Source: Tubulanus polymorphus
Lineage: Eukaryota > Animalia > Nemertea
Direction: 5' to 3'
DNA: 64,000 bases
Assembly: GCF_964204645.1 (NCBI RefSeq)
Contig: NC_134029.1
Location: 15,494,950-15,558,949 of the forward strand
A program made the translations under genes and the position numbers. The notes under the pieces were generated by a model, which did not search any database, had not been told where the DNA came from, and saw nothing but the letters and a program-made list of their open reading frames with translations. Below are positions 36,489-49,944 of this stretch, in pieces (within the stretch, counting starts at the first letter, position 1; each line of letters begins with the position of its first letter).

Positions 36489-37408
36489 TCTGTCGATACC
36501 CCCGCGAAAAGAACTTAAATGTAGGACTGTCGACCAGTAGGATTTGAACTTCTTACTCGGCAATTACCCGTATTTCCGATTTGAAGTTTTGTTAACGCGA
36601 AAATTATGTCGTTTCAAACGGATTATCAGTTTGTAAATATAGATTTTGTTGATGTTTTAATTTTGTTCTAACAGTTCAATAAAAAATTATAAAAATAATA
36701 CATTCATGAGTCATTATGTAGTAGGCTATATTTCTACATGTCACGATGTTTTATCTTTGTATCCAACCATCGGAATCAACACATCCAAAATAGAGGTCCT
36801 ACGAACACATGGGGTGGGTGGGTGTATCAGGACTTTTAGATAGTTATTCGTATAGGAACAGGTGTCGAAATTTTGAGATGCTCCCTTAAAGCCTATATAT
36901 AGAATTAAGGTATCAGTTTACCGTCACCTCGAATGTCAAAAGTTGATAAGGGTTTTTTCATCATTCATATCCATTATTCCTTCATTATATTAAGTCACCA
37001 ATGCAAAAAAGCTTAATGTTCAATTATATATTAATGGCTCTAAAAGCTTCAATTTATGTTCGCTAGATGGCGCTAGTGGTTGCTCAGCTGTCAAAATACC
37101 TTTGCACACAAGACAGTCACATTCCGATAATAATCCCTAAATATCAAGACATGAACATTGCCATCTAAACTTCTAATGGCGATCTACATCTTAGATATTG
37201 ATTTTGCCAACTTTTTTTAGCATTATGTGTTTATAATGTGGATATAATTAGAACGTAAAATGGAAAATAATGAAGGAGTAATGAAGAATTTTCGGTAGGC
37301 CTACTCCAAGTCCAATCCTGGTTCTAAGTCCGATCCCACTGTACATCTTACATGAGATTCTAAGTAGTAACCACAAAATTAATTTAGTGATGGGATATAT
37401 ACATGGAC

Positions 37409-37615
37409 CTATATACATACTTCTGGTTTGGTCTCAAGCCCTTGCTGCATGTCTTGTGTCTCGTGTACTCTTTGGTGCGCCATCCAGTAAACAAGTGTGA
37501 CGTCGCCAATAGGTTGCTCTGCTTCGAACAACTTTATAGCAGCCAAAACATCGTCAAAAGACGAAAATTTGTCTCCAACTTTGAAAATCCCCGACGAAGT
37601 TGAAGAACCCGCCAT
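37409..37615 (-). pseudogene. Possible N-terminal remnant of a MULE/ZSWIM-type transposase
   Basis: FKVGDKFSSFDDVLAAIKLFE resembles such N-termini; short, motif-level resemblance only. Confidence 0.3.
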
Positions 37616-40205
37616 TTGTTGTTGGAATTAGTGTCGGAAAACCCCGTATGACGTCACAATATATTACAGCCAATCAGAACGAGCCATTGGAAAAATAGCG
37701 TTTTCTAAAATAATGCAATAAAATAAATATCCACTTCCATATATAAAATCTATCAGATGAATAGTTATTATTATTATTGCAGTAGTGATATATAATTATG
37801 TACTATAATTATAATAATGATTTCTAGTAAGAAAACCTTAGCTAAACTGTTTGGAATTCTTCCAGATAAAGATTATTCAAGTATTTATACTTATAAAAAA
37901 ATATAATACCTTTTACACACTTTTATATCTATTGCAATTTAATTGACCCAACAAAAACTTTCGAGGCAACTAAACATACAATTTGTAAATCTATTTATTG
38001 AATATTTTACCATTAAAAATGTCAAACTATTTGGAACGCAAATAAATTATAATTTAACTGAATATGATTTTAAACCTTGTATTCCACAATTTACTAATTT
38101 TAGATTAGAAATAAGAAATCATAATGGATATTTGATTGATTTAAATAATTTTCCTGTAATTTATGAATTAGTAAGATGTAAAGAATAAGATTAATAAGAC
38201 GTAAAGAGTATTTTTTGATATATAAATATGAATATAACAGTAGGACCGAGTATATGTTTTGGACTTGATTTTAAACGTGAGAAAGAAATGAAATTTGATA
38301 TTAATGATGTAATAACACATATTAAAAATATTGCATTTTCTAATGAAACAACATTTGAAATTCTTTAAGATTTTATGAATTAGATGAAGTTTTTATAATA
38401 GATGATATTAAAAGAATAATAACTGCAATATATAAAAATGAATTTAATTATATTATAAATGTTGAAATAATTATAAATATGATAACTAAATATTTTGAAG
38501 ATAACTAAAATATGATAACTAAATATTTTGTAATTTTTTTTGATATATAAACGAGTTATAATAAGTGGATAATAACTGGATTATATAATGGAGCATTACT
38601 ATCAGTGGGAACAGTTGGTTATACAATGTTATTGAAGAAAGTATTCAAAATAGGAAATATTAATGTTGATAGATTTGATATAAATGATATTTTAAGATTA
38701 ACGTTAGCAATTACTTTATTTAATTCAACAATTGATTATTTAGATAAACAAAAACATATTCATCCTATTAACGCGTAATTTTTTTACTAAATAAATGGCA
38801 TCTGCAATTATAACTATCATAGGATCGGCAATTGTTAACGCTTTAGCATTTACTGGCAGGGGTTATTTATTTAAGCATATTGATAAAAATGGTTCAGTAT
38901 CAGAACAAAGAAGACATAACTTAGCATTAGAGAAATATATTAAAGTTGCAGAAGAATATAGAGAAAAGAGACAAAATTATATGGAATTAGTATTATCAAT
39001 AAAGAATTATATAATCAGAAAATTTTACGTAGAGATTTTCAATCAGTCGATGATGCTATGAGTTTATATAACGCAGTAACAAATAAAGAAAAATTACATC
39101 TATGTAAAACTACAATATCAGATTATTATACCCCAAGTATTGAACAGAAGAAATATGAAATAATATGGTTTTTAGGTTGAACTGTTATTGTTATATTTGT
39201 TGCATATAGATTTACAAATTAATTATATATGATTTTTTGTTAAATAAATGGATGATAAAGTTGATAATAATGATATTATTCCTCGTGATATCAATAATAC
39301 TGAATCAAAATTATATTTGGAAAAGCAAATGTTAGAATTTGAAAATGATTCAAAAGTTAAAAAGAAAAATATTTAAAAAGCAAAGTTATATATTATTTTA
39401 TTATAAGTGGTTCGGTTACAATTAGTTCGGTAATAACATTTTAGCAATATTTTCACCATTAACACCTTTAGCTATCTCAATTGGTGTGCTAGTTTTAAGT
39501 TCAAGCGTATTAACCGGAATAAGTTCAAAATTGAATATAAAAAGTAATAACGAAAAAATTAAATCTAATATAAAATAAATTAATAAATTAAAAAATACAT
39601 TATATTATATTATTAGTATAAATGGTAAAATAACAATTGAAGAACAAGATAAATTATTAAAAGAATTAATAAATTATTAATTGTTTTATTATATTAATGG
39701 TAGGTGGTTTTTCAAAAGCTTTTCAATATAATAAATCAATTAAATATAATATTCCAGCGATATATTTTAATTAAAATATTACATACAAAAATGAAGTTTA
39801 AAATTCATCAATCAATTTAGGGTTTTATGTTACTGAAACTGATAATTTTATTGTTGGTGTAAGTTATCATACCAAACAAATAGGTGAAGTAAATTTGAAA
39901 TAGAAATTCATTTGAATTACGAAATGCATGTCTCAACTTGTGGTTAGAATTAGAATCAGAACAGTAATTTTCAATATGAATATATTACCCATCTATGTCT
40001 TTATCTCATTAGTCGTTTTAGTAGTTCTAGTACATAAAGAATATAAAGTAGTTTAAACATATAGAATAAAAAAGAATAATTTTTATATGTATTTATATTT
40101 ATATTTGTTTAAGACTAATAGAAATTTGTCTTTTTTATAATATTCATGTATCTCACAGATTTATTTCATAAATTTGATTCAGTAATGACAATATAATAAT
40201 CAGAG

Positions 40206-40208
<3 letters not shown>

Positions 40209-40291
<83 letters not shown>
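40209..40291. repeat. (TA)n microsatellite
   Basis: About 40 perfect TA units. Confidence 0.97.
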
Positions 40292-40294
<3 letters not shown>

Positions 40295-41260
40295 TTAAAA
40301 TAATAATAATATTTATTTATCGTTTCAATAATGATGAATGTCATCGATTCATTCATCTCAGAGACTATATATGTACTAAAATAATAATAAAAATAATACT
40401 AAAAATCTAATGTTTTCTCTAAAATCTTTCACAATCGAATTATATTTTCGATTTAAAACCCATGTTGTTATCCCAAAATGTCTCCCAGAGAAAGCTAGAT
40501 AACAGCTAGTTCACTTTCTCTAACTTTTGAATCATGTAAATTTGCACAATCATCTACAATAAATAATGTATTTGTTCCTTTATAAATATCTAATGCAATT
40601 TTCATACAATTATCTAAGTTATTCTTTACACATCTTTAAGTAGGATTTAATATAATAAATCTTTTATCTTTAAAAACTATATCTCTATTATACGTTTCAT
40701 TCATTTCATAAGTGGGACATAATAATATTTTATTATCAAAATGATTCTTATAAACAGTTTCTAACAAATCTAATATAATGTTTTACCACAGTTGGTTACT
40801 CCAGTTATTAACATATTATGTGGTACTAATATAAATCAATCTTTATTCATTTACTCTTTTAATTTTACTAGATAAAATCCATTCATTAGATTTATCATCA
40901 TATCCTTTAAATTTCACCAGAGAATATTTCTTACCACGTAATGTTTTTGTTTTCAATACATTTTCTATTTTGTATTCTATATCATCTGGATTTGGTACAA
41001 GTGATAATTCTTGTTAATAGAAATAACCTAATATTTCTTCATCTTTTAGATCTTCTAATTTATAAACAAATGGTTTAGTTAATATTATTTTTCTATTTTA
41101 AATATTTCTGTAGTAAAATTTGGAGTATAACCTTTATAAAATGTTTTTCGAGATTTAGATATTCTAACATGTTGTCCTATTTTAAATTTAGGTTCTCCGA
41201 AATCATGTGTAACAAACGCACTATAAAAATTATTCGAAATAACTTCTGAATTATCTTTTT

Positions 41261-43031
41261 TAGCATTGGTTGACGTCTATGACGTCATGCCAATGCTAGT
41301 AAAATGGATCGAAAATAGTAGTACGAAAAAATAGCGCCGACTCTTCTCATTTTCATAGTAACTTCAAATTGTCACTCCGTTCACGTAAAACATTAGAAAC
41401 AGCTGAAAATGACTATAAAAAAATGTTTCAATTATTCCCCACAACATAGCGTCGCCAGATTTGTGATTTAATGGTCCAAAAAATTATTCGATCGCATTTT
41501 TCTCGTTCATTATCTGGTAGATGAGAGCGGGTTAAACAATCGCGTAGCGATATGTCCGCATTGACATTGGCAGTAAAGAATGGGGAACAGCCGCTTCTGA
41601 ATAGTAAAAAATAAAATTATGTACCTCCGGTTTATAAATATCACAGTGGGATATCACTGTTATTCCAACTATCAGTATCCATGGAATTATTTGGGATTCA
41701 TTCTCAGCGTCAGAATACGTATTTCTAGAGCAGTGGAACGGCAGCCTACTCGTGACTGAAACGATCGTGCGGGAACGCCTTTACTAAAGTTAAAAAAGTT
41801 TCATGATGACACGAAACGGTAGGCTACCACCCTGATACGATATCACCAATAAAGATAGATCATTTCATTCAATTTTACCAGAGTTCTTTATTGGAGGAAA
41901 ATATCATTGTTAAGTACGCCGAGAACAACCATGTTGTATCATCAATCAGTTGACTGGCATTGTAAAATTCGATTCGGCTATATTCTAATATAAGTTTTCA
42001 CTTTAGGGACGCGCTACCCGCCTGCTGCGCACTCATACGGTGGTAGCACCCTCTTACGCACTCGGCAGAGATTCGCTTTGTAATGCGCGCCGGGCGGGAA
42101 AAATACCTTTTATTATCTTTTCCATGCGTTAAACAACAGTGATTGAATTTACGCGTTGTTTGTCGTAAATTGCAATATTGCGATGGTTATTTGCCGCTGC
42201 TGTAGTTTTTTTGGAATTGAATCGAGCGGCCTCGGTAGCTCAGTGAGATAAGGCTTGATGCTGTTGAATCCACTAACAATGCTGAGTGACAAGTGGGTTC
42301 GAGTCCTGCTGGCTGTGAACAGTGTGCGGGCAACACTTCAAAGGCCGTAGCGTCGTGAGGTTAAATGAACAATCCAATAGGAATAGTCTTGGGAAACCAA
42401 GATCAAAACGACGTACATAAAGCCAAACAAACAAAAAGACAAACAAACAATCATCAGCCGGCCTCAGTGACACCAACGCCGGCATCGTTCTCTGCGACGT
42501 TTTGCATGCGTGCATGTAGTCAGTAACCTGACGGTGGTTTAGTTTCACGATCGGATATTTTCACAAGCCCATCCGATTATAAAAAGCTTACCACCAACGA
42601 TTAGGTAACTAGCTAGGAGCTCTAAGATAAGAGGGTCTTGCAATTGCATTCAGAAAAATCTTTCTGTTTTTCTTTTCATTATTCAGTGGGGCCTAACAGT
42701 TCATGCGTAAAAATGGGTTTTTGTATCCAAATCTTGATTGATATAAATATCTTGGCTGGGACATGATGGAAAACATCAGAATAAACTAGTTTCGTCTTTT
42801 TAACAGAATCGCATTAATGAGAATTAACAGTACAAATAGCCTAGGTTAAATCGTTCGGCAAAAAATAAATTCATTTTCAGGTATAAAATCGTACTAGACA
42901 AATAGACCTTTAAGTCTGTGGTCCTCCCAATCAACATCGTCATAGAAGATTTGCCGGCAGATGTAAAACGTTGTAACCACTTAATACCACAGTATAATCT
43001 ACCAATGCTTCAAGGCCCATGGGCCTCTTGT
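41261..43031 (-). mobile_element. HINE inserted in the integrase gene
   Basis: Minus-strand 5' AACAAGAGGCCCATGGGCCTTGAAGCATTGGT; 3' hairpin TAGCATTGG..GACGTC..GACGTC..CCAATGCTA carrying the inverse AGCATTGGT; inserted in a T run (compare 32041-32060). Confidence 0.8.
42228..42450 (+). mobile_element. tRNA-derived SINE
   Basis: A box TAGCTCAGTGAG, B box GGTTCGAGTCC, unrelated body, (CAAA)n tail. Confidence 0.75.
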
Positions 43032-43864
43032 TTCTAGCTTGTATAGGTTTTATACCAATACTTGAATGTTTAGAATTATTATAACCTTTCACTAAATCAT
43101 CTAATATATCGATATATTTATAAATACTCTACATCATTATCAGATAATAATTTTTTTAAATGTTTATTATAAAATTCTTTACCTTCATCAAATTGTATCT
43201 TTTCTGGAATAGCTTCTTTAAATATATTTTTAAAAGCATTTGTTACTTCTATACCAGTTTTATTTTTGATTGGTATACTCCATGCGTATCTACTGAATAT
43301 ATCTATAACATTTAATATCCAAAAATATCCTTTGATATATTCTCCTAAGTTCTTCATATCTATTAAATCTGCTTGCCATTGTTGATCAGTATATGAAACA
43401 ATAACTTTTCTCGTTAAATAGTTTTTATCCATTTTCTTATGGATTTGATATGTTGGTTGATTTTGTAACCATAATCTTAGTTCACTATATTTTATATTTT
43501 CTTTATCAGATTTTATTCCCATAATTCTGAAACGCTTGAATATGATGATACTTCACTCTATGGGTTATAATATAAATCTCTTAAATATTGTTCTTTTTTC
43601 ATATTTTAATCCATTAATAATAATCTTGATTTATTTTATCTATAGTCATTTTTTAAATCAGTATATAATTTATTTTCATCATTACTTGGAATTACTCGGA
43701 TACATAACTTAGAACAACATTTTACTATTCCATCTCGAATAGAATCATTTATTCGAGCTAATCTTGCTTCTTCATATATTTTAAGATATTTTATTACTTT
43801 TTCTCATTACTTTTTCTGATTTCATATTATCTAATTCTTGAAAAGTTATTATTCTATAATATGT

Positions 43865-44960
43865 ATATTATTTAATTGCACGTCAGATATAATATAAATG
43901 TGCATTTTGAAATTTTAAGCTTCCTTTTTTCTTTGTCATGAACAATTGTATTACATCTTTTGTATTTTGTAATTTTTTCCCAGAACCATGTAATAAGTTA
44001 TCCTCTGTTGTTCTAAAATCTAACCATAATGCATATTCATTACCGGTATAATAATCAATTTGATTAATATTACAATTTTCAGATGATTTTACTTTTTCAT
44101 TCATAAAATGTTTTCTAATTTCTGGCCATTGATCTATCATTCTCATTCCTTGACAAAATATTTTATTTGCTATGCCTTCGATAGTTATTTCTACTTTTGT
44201 TATTTCAGAATTATAATACTTATCAACCTGTATTGCGCCATTAGAATATGTTGCAATGGTAAAAAATATTTGAAAAGAGTTTGAATTGAGTTAGCAATAT
44301 TTTCATCAGTTACTGTATCATATTCTAAACATATTCGATAATTTATAGCTCATATCTTTAACAACGCTAGATAATACAATTTCCTTTACAGGAGCAAATG
44401 TTATTTCGAATATAACATCTTCTTGAATTGAATATTTATACAAAGGTGCATTATTATTTATCAATTCAAAATCTAATGGAATTTTATATTTGCTTCCATA
44501 AATATTTTTTATCAAATTATCTGTGGTACGAGTTACTATTGCGTCATTAGCTCCTGATCTTACTTTATTTTGGTTTTCTGATTGGATGCCTCGAAATATC
44601 ATATTATTTCTATTTTCTTTAGTTAACCATAAATCTTTGTAATGCATAAATAGATCATAATCATCTAATGAGAAAAACTGTTTCTGGACCAATCTTTATA
44701 GTTAATTTTTTAATCAAATATCTTCCAACATTATCGACAACATAATTATTATTGTTACCGGTTATTTTTATATCAGCTGATAAATAAATACTATTTGGAA
44801 CATAAAAAGTATTTTGTGTTAATCTGGGGATTCTAACATATAAAGTTTCATCGGGATTACTATTAGAAGGATTATGATGAATTATATGATGAGATCTTTC
44901 TGCTTTAATAGCATTAGATATTCTATGATTCTTAGAAGGACTTATATAACTCCCACTCAT
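43865..44960 (-). pseudogene. MCP of copy F (frameshifts, small deletion)
   Basis: ORF pieces 44661-44960, 44318-44692 and 43883-44146 match 28552-29798. Confidence 0.8.
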
Positions 44961-47900
44961 TTATTTAACAAAAAAATTAATTATTTATTTTTGATTATGT
45001 TTATTTTTTATATTGTTTTCTTGATATTTTTTGATATCATATTCACTAACCCAAAAATAATTGCACTTACAACTGTAATTAAAAATAAAATAATATGTTC
45101 TGCAGCAAAGTTAATAATGTTTCCTGCAGATTTCAATATAAAACCAACAATTGATGCAATAACTCCGGGTAATGCTGCAGCAGATTTTTTAGATAGTTCC
45201 CATAAATATTTTGCTAATTTTTATAAACCATCCTTAACTTTATCTTGTATAGAATTATTATCATTCAGGGGTTTATCCGGTTTATTGGGAGTAGGAGTAG
45301 ATTTCAGTGAATTTGATATACCTAAACCTATTGTTGTAAATACCATAGTTACAGCTGTTAGAATTGAAAGAATTGTTATACCTTCTAATCTAAATACTAA
45401 TTTTATTCTATCTTTTAATGATATTTCAGAATTTGGTTTTATCAACAAATCTTTAAAAATAACTTTTAATCTATTAATATTATAATCATGTGATTTTAAT
45501 GATAATTTAATTTCTTCGTTTTGTAATTCTATGTTTTATTTTGAATTATCAATTTCTTTTTCTAAACGTAATTCTTTTTGCCTATATTCTATTTCATCAA
45601 TTACTTGTCGTTCTAAATCAGACTTTAATTGTTCTATTTCTTTAATTTTATCAGTTCTATCTTTTTGTAAAGTTCTAATTTTAAAATCTCTTATACTTTT
45701 ATCATGCGCAATTTTATCAGATGCAAGTCTTATACTAATAATCTCTCTAATTGCTTTATCAGAAAATATATCTAAATCTTCTAATTCTTGATCTGTTGCA
45801 TCAAGTAATCCATTTGGTAAAAGTTTTTCAGTTTGAACTTCGTTTGATTTAAGTTTACCAGAAGTTGTTTCTGTTTCTGAATTTTTATTGATTATTTTTA
45901 ATAAGTCATCAATTCTTTGACTAAATTCTGTTATATTATCATCTCTCTCTTTTTGTGTAACATCAGTTATTTCATTACTATTACTTATTCTCCTAATTCT
46001 AAATGTTTCTCAATTTTTCAAAGTTGATTCTGCTAATATTTTATTTGGTCTTGTCCTTTGATTAGTGATATTAATATAATAATCACCATCCAAATGATAA
46101 TAATATTTACCTTTTAAAAGTTTTAAATTTCCTACTAAACGTTCAGCATCTTTATCATTTATATTATTCCCAAATCTTTCAAATATAGGTTTGAATTTAT
46201 AAATATATTCATTATATTCTTATCTTTTTTTTACTAAATTTGGATTTACATTTTCGGGATTTATTTGCGATCAAGTTCTTCTATCATATTCATCTGTTGA
46301 TGGGGCTTTAGAATCACTATCTGCTAAATTAGAATTACGCGCTGATGAATTATCATCATCAATATCAGTTTCATTTAAATTGCGTTGTGATTCATCAGGT
46401 ATAAATCCTTTATTATTATTTCCCATTTCTCCCATTTCATAAGCTTCTCCACCTTCTGCCATTTACATAATAAAAAAATTAAAATTTAAAATATAATATT
46501 CCTCCGATTACAATTCCTATACAAGTTATAGCTAATTTAGCATTTTCATGGGATTTATTATCATCATCAGTTTTAATTATTTGATGTTGAATAATATCAG
46601 TTTTACCATTTTCTGTAGTATTGTAATCTTTTATTTTAGAATCATTATTCAATTTAATATTCTTAGTTTTAGTTTCTGTTGATTGAATATGTTTTTTATT
46701 TTTTTCACGTACCATTAATTTTGGAGCAGTGATAATCTATTTACTTATATCATTCAATCCAAATGAATTATTTATTGTCGCAGTCTTAATTAAATTATTA
46801 TAACCAATTATATTTCCCATCTTTAATACTAAATCATTAGAAATAATTAATAGATTAGGGCATTAAATTGTTTCTGCGCATCGAATGAAGTGTTATCACT
46901 TTCAACTATTGGGGATATTGTTTCAACTTGAGCGCCTAGAATACATATCAAATAAGTTCTAATAGATTGATTTATTCTTTGTATTCCAGCTTTAGTAAAA
47001 CCTTCACTATTTTCTAAAATGAAATTAATCCATCCTTTATTGTTTTGTTGTTGTATATTATTATAATATTTTGGTAATTCATTCCAATTTAGTGTTCTTA
47101 TATCTGAATTTGTTATTATTTTACCAAATTCTTTAGTATGTAATATTCCTAATCCACCCATTGTACCAATTTTTGCTCTAAAATCGTTATTTGAATTAAT
47201 ATTAAATTCATTACATATTTTATAAAACTTAGAAAAATTAATATTATTATTTAGTTCATTAAAATATTTTGAACCTGGTAAAGGACATTCTAATTCATCT
47301 AATATTAAATTTATTTGAAAATATGTATGAAATCTAAAAAGTGATAACATCAATGGTAAACTTGATCATTCCAACTTATACCACATCCTGTTGTTGCGCA
47401 ATAAACAGCAAAATTTAATTGGTTATGCCAATACTTCATATTAGATTTTAATAACCATTGTTTTTTTTTCATTTAAATTTTTAAAATTAATTGTTTACAC
47501 ATGAAATATATTTTCCATCTTTACATTAAAATTATTAGTTTCAGTAACATAAATTTCTAGATTAGTTAATGAATTTAAAACAAAATTTTTATATGTAATA
47601 TTTTTGTTAAAATCTATTGCAGGAATATTATATTTAATTGATTTATTATATTGGAATGCTTTTGGAAACCCCATTTATATAAATGAAAAATTAATAATTT
47701 ATTAATTCTTTTAATAATTTATCTTGTTCTTCAACTGTTATATGACCATTTAAACTTATTATATAATCTAGTGTATTCTTCAATTTATTAATTTCTTTTA
47801 TATTAGTTTTAATTGTTTCTTTATTACTTTTTATATTTAATTTTGAACTTATACCAGTTAAAACACTTGAACTTAATCCTAGCACACCAATTGATATAGC

Positions 47901-48146
47901 TAAAGGTGTTAATGGACTGAATATTGCTAGAAATGTTATTACAGAACTAATTGTAACTGAACCACTGATAATAAAATAAAAGATAATTTTACTTTTTAAA
48001 TATTTTTTCTTTTTTATCTATAAGTCACTTTCAAATTCTAATATTTGTTTTTCTAAATATATTTTTAATTTAGTTTTATTTATATCATGAGGAATGATAT
48101 CAATATTATCAACTTTATCATCCATTTATTTAGCAAAAAAGAGTTA

Positions 48147-48569
48147 CTAATTAGTATATTCATATGCTACAAATATAACAATAACAGTTCCGCTTAAAAT
48201 CCATATTATTTCATATTTCTGTTGTTCTTTACTTGGGGTATAATAATCTGACAATTTAGGTTTGTATAGATGTAATTTTTCTTTATTGGTTACCGCGTTA
48301 TATAAACTCATTGCATCATCAACTGATTGAAAATCTCTATGTGAAATCTTCTGATCATATAATTCCTTGTTAATATAATCCATATAGTTTTGTCTTTTTT
48401 CTCTATATTCTTCTGCAGCTTTCTTATATTTCTCTAATGCTAAGTTATGTCTTTTTTGTTCTGATAATGATCCATTTTTATCAATATGCTTAAATAGATA
48501 TCCACCACCAGTAAATGCTAAAGCGTTAACAATTGCCGATCTTATAATAGTTATAACTGCAGAAGCCAT
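48147..48569 (-). CDS. Intact 140-aa hydrophobic/coiled-coil protein of copy F
   Basis: Full ORF homologous to the frameshifted 24622-25049. Confidence 0.78.
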   Translation of the reverse strand: MASAVITIIRSAIVNALAFTGGGYLFKHIDKNGSLSEQKRHNLALEKYKKAAEEYREKRQNYMDYINKELYDQKISHRDFQSVDDAMSLYNAVTNKEKLHLYKPKLSDYYTPSKEQQKYEIIWILSGTVIVIFVAYEYTN

Positions 48570-49184
48570 TTATTTAGTAAAATAATTACACATTTATATA
48601 GGAGGAATATATTTTTGTTTTCCAAATAATCAATAGTTAAATTAGATAATGTAACTGCTAATGTTAATTTTAAAATATCATTTATATCAAATCTATCAAC
48701 ATTAACACTTCCCATTTTAAATACTTTTTTTAATACCATTGAATAACCAACAGTTCCAACTGATAGTAAGGCTCCGTTATATAATCCATTTATTATCCAC
48801 TTATTATCACTCATTTATTTATCAAAAAAATTACTATCTTCAAAATATTTAGTTATCTTATTTATGATTATTTCAGCATTTATTTCATTACTACTTTTAT
48901 GATTATCATATATTTTGGAAAATATGTTTTTAATATCATCAATAATTCCATCTTCATTTAATTCATCATTCTTCATTTAATATTCTAAATGTGTTTTAAT
49001 TAAATCAATTACTTTTTCTATATTATAACTTTCTGTATTAATCATTGATGCATTGTTAAATGATTTACGTTTAATATCAGTAATTAGATCATTTAGTTTA
49101 ATTCTCATTTCTTTACCATGTTTAAAATCAAACCCAAAACATATACTCGGTCCAACAGTTATATTCATTTATATAGTGAAAAAA

Positions 49185-49944
49185 TTACTCTCTACATCTT
49201 ATAACTAATTCATATATCACAGGAAAGTTATTCAAATGAATTAAATATCCATTATGATTTCTAATTTCTAATCTAAAATTATTAAAACGAGGAATGCATG
49301 GTTTGAAATCACATTCTGTTAAATTATAACTTATTTGCGTTCCAAATTCTTTAACATTCTTCAATGGTAAAATAGTTAATATACTAGAATTAAAAGTTAT
49401 ATCTTTAGTTGCTTCGAATGTTTTTGTTGGATCAATTAAATTGCAATAAATATAAAAGTGTGTAAAAGTCATTAAATTTGAATTACCATCTACGTTTCCT
49501 GTAACAGCATCTGGTGCAATTCCTAGCAATTTAGATAATGGTTTTTTTTACCATAAATGCATGTTGACTTTCATCATATACCTTTATTTTAATTTTATTT
49601 GTGCCATCACTTTTTATAAATCTAATTAAAAATTTATCATCTCTTCTAATTTTCTAACCGTGCTCTTCGATTAATTTCTTGAGCTAGTGTTTCTAAATTA
49701 TATAATCCTGGTTTTAGAATTAGATGAAACCATTTATTTATATTTGTAATATGAATTAAAAAAGTATTATCTTCAATAGTTTTATTCGTTATATTATATA
49801 AAGAATTACATAAACTTATATTTACTAATGTTAAATCTACACAATTCTTAAATTCTCTATCTAATTGTACTAGTAAATTATGTGATTTATAATTTGTAAG
49901 TCTTCTTGAATCAACAAATATTCTGCATTCTTTTAATTCTACAA
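49185..49944 (-). pseudogene. Penton of copy F
   Basis: Homologous to 23261-24004 with a divergent central region; start mutated to TTG. Confidence 0.78.

Larger units (their letters stand above)
14583..36885. mobile_element. PIF/Harbinger (Tourist-like) MITE of ~0.46 kb, split by Polinton B
   Basis: TIRs GGGAGCATCTCAAAATTTCGACACC.GTTCCTATAC (from 14583) and the inverse ending at 36885; TTA TSD on both sides. Confidence 0.85.
40430..43602 (-). pseudogene. int: Integrase and ATPase pseudogenes of copy E, split by a HINE
   Basis: ORF 43118-43522 with WQADLIDM...FDEGKEF; chromodomain and Walker A remnants at 40790-41000. Confidence 0.88.
37820..43855 (+). mobile_element. Degraded partial Polinton copy E (structural genes on + at 37820-39850; ATPase, integrase and 200-aa gene remnants on - at 40430-43855)
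   Basis: Collinear with 23640-25680 and 31240-33520 of B; many stops; central region deleted. Confidence 0.85.

Noticed and set aside
36889-36910. AAGCCTATATAT (KPIY) as the resumption of pPolB copy C after the MITE
   Set aside because: Only four codons match and similarity does not continue; too weak to call
36905-37345. Small inverted repeat (ATTATTCCTTCATTAT / ATAATGAAGGAGTAAT) and a Tc1-like end ...CCCACTGTA
   Set aside because: Boundaries and TSDs could not be defined; left unannotated
42228-42310. tRNA gene
   Set aside because: A and B boxes are present but I could not form a convincing cloverleaf; it continues into a body and (CAAA)n tail, so it is a SINE
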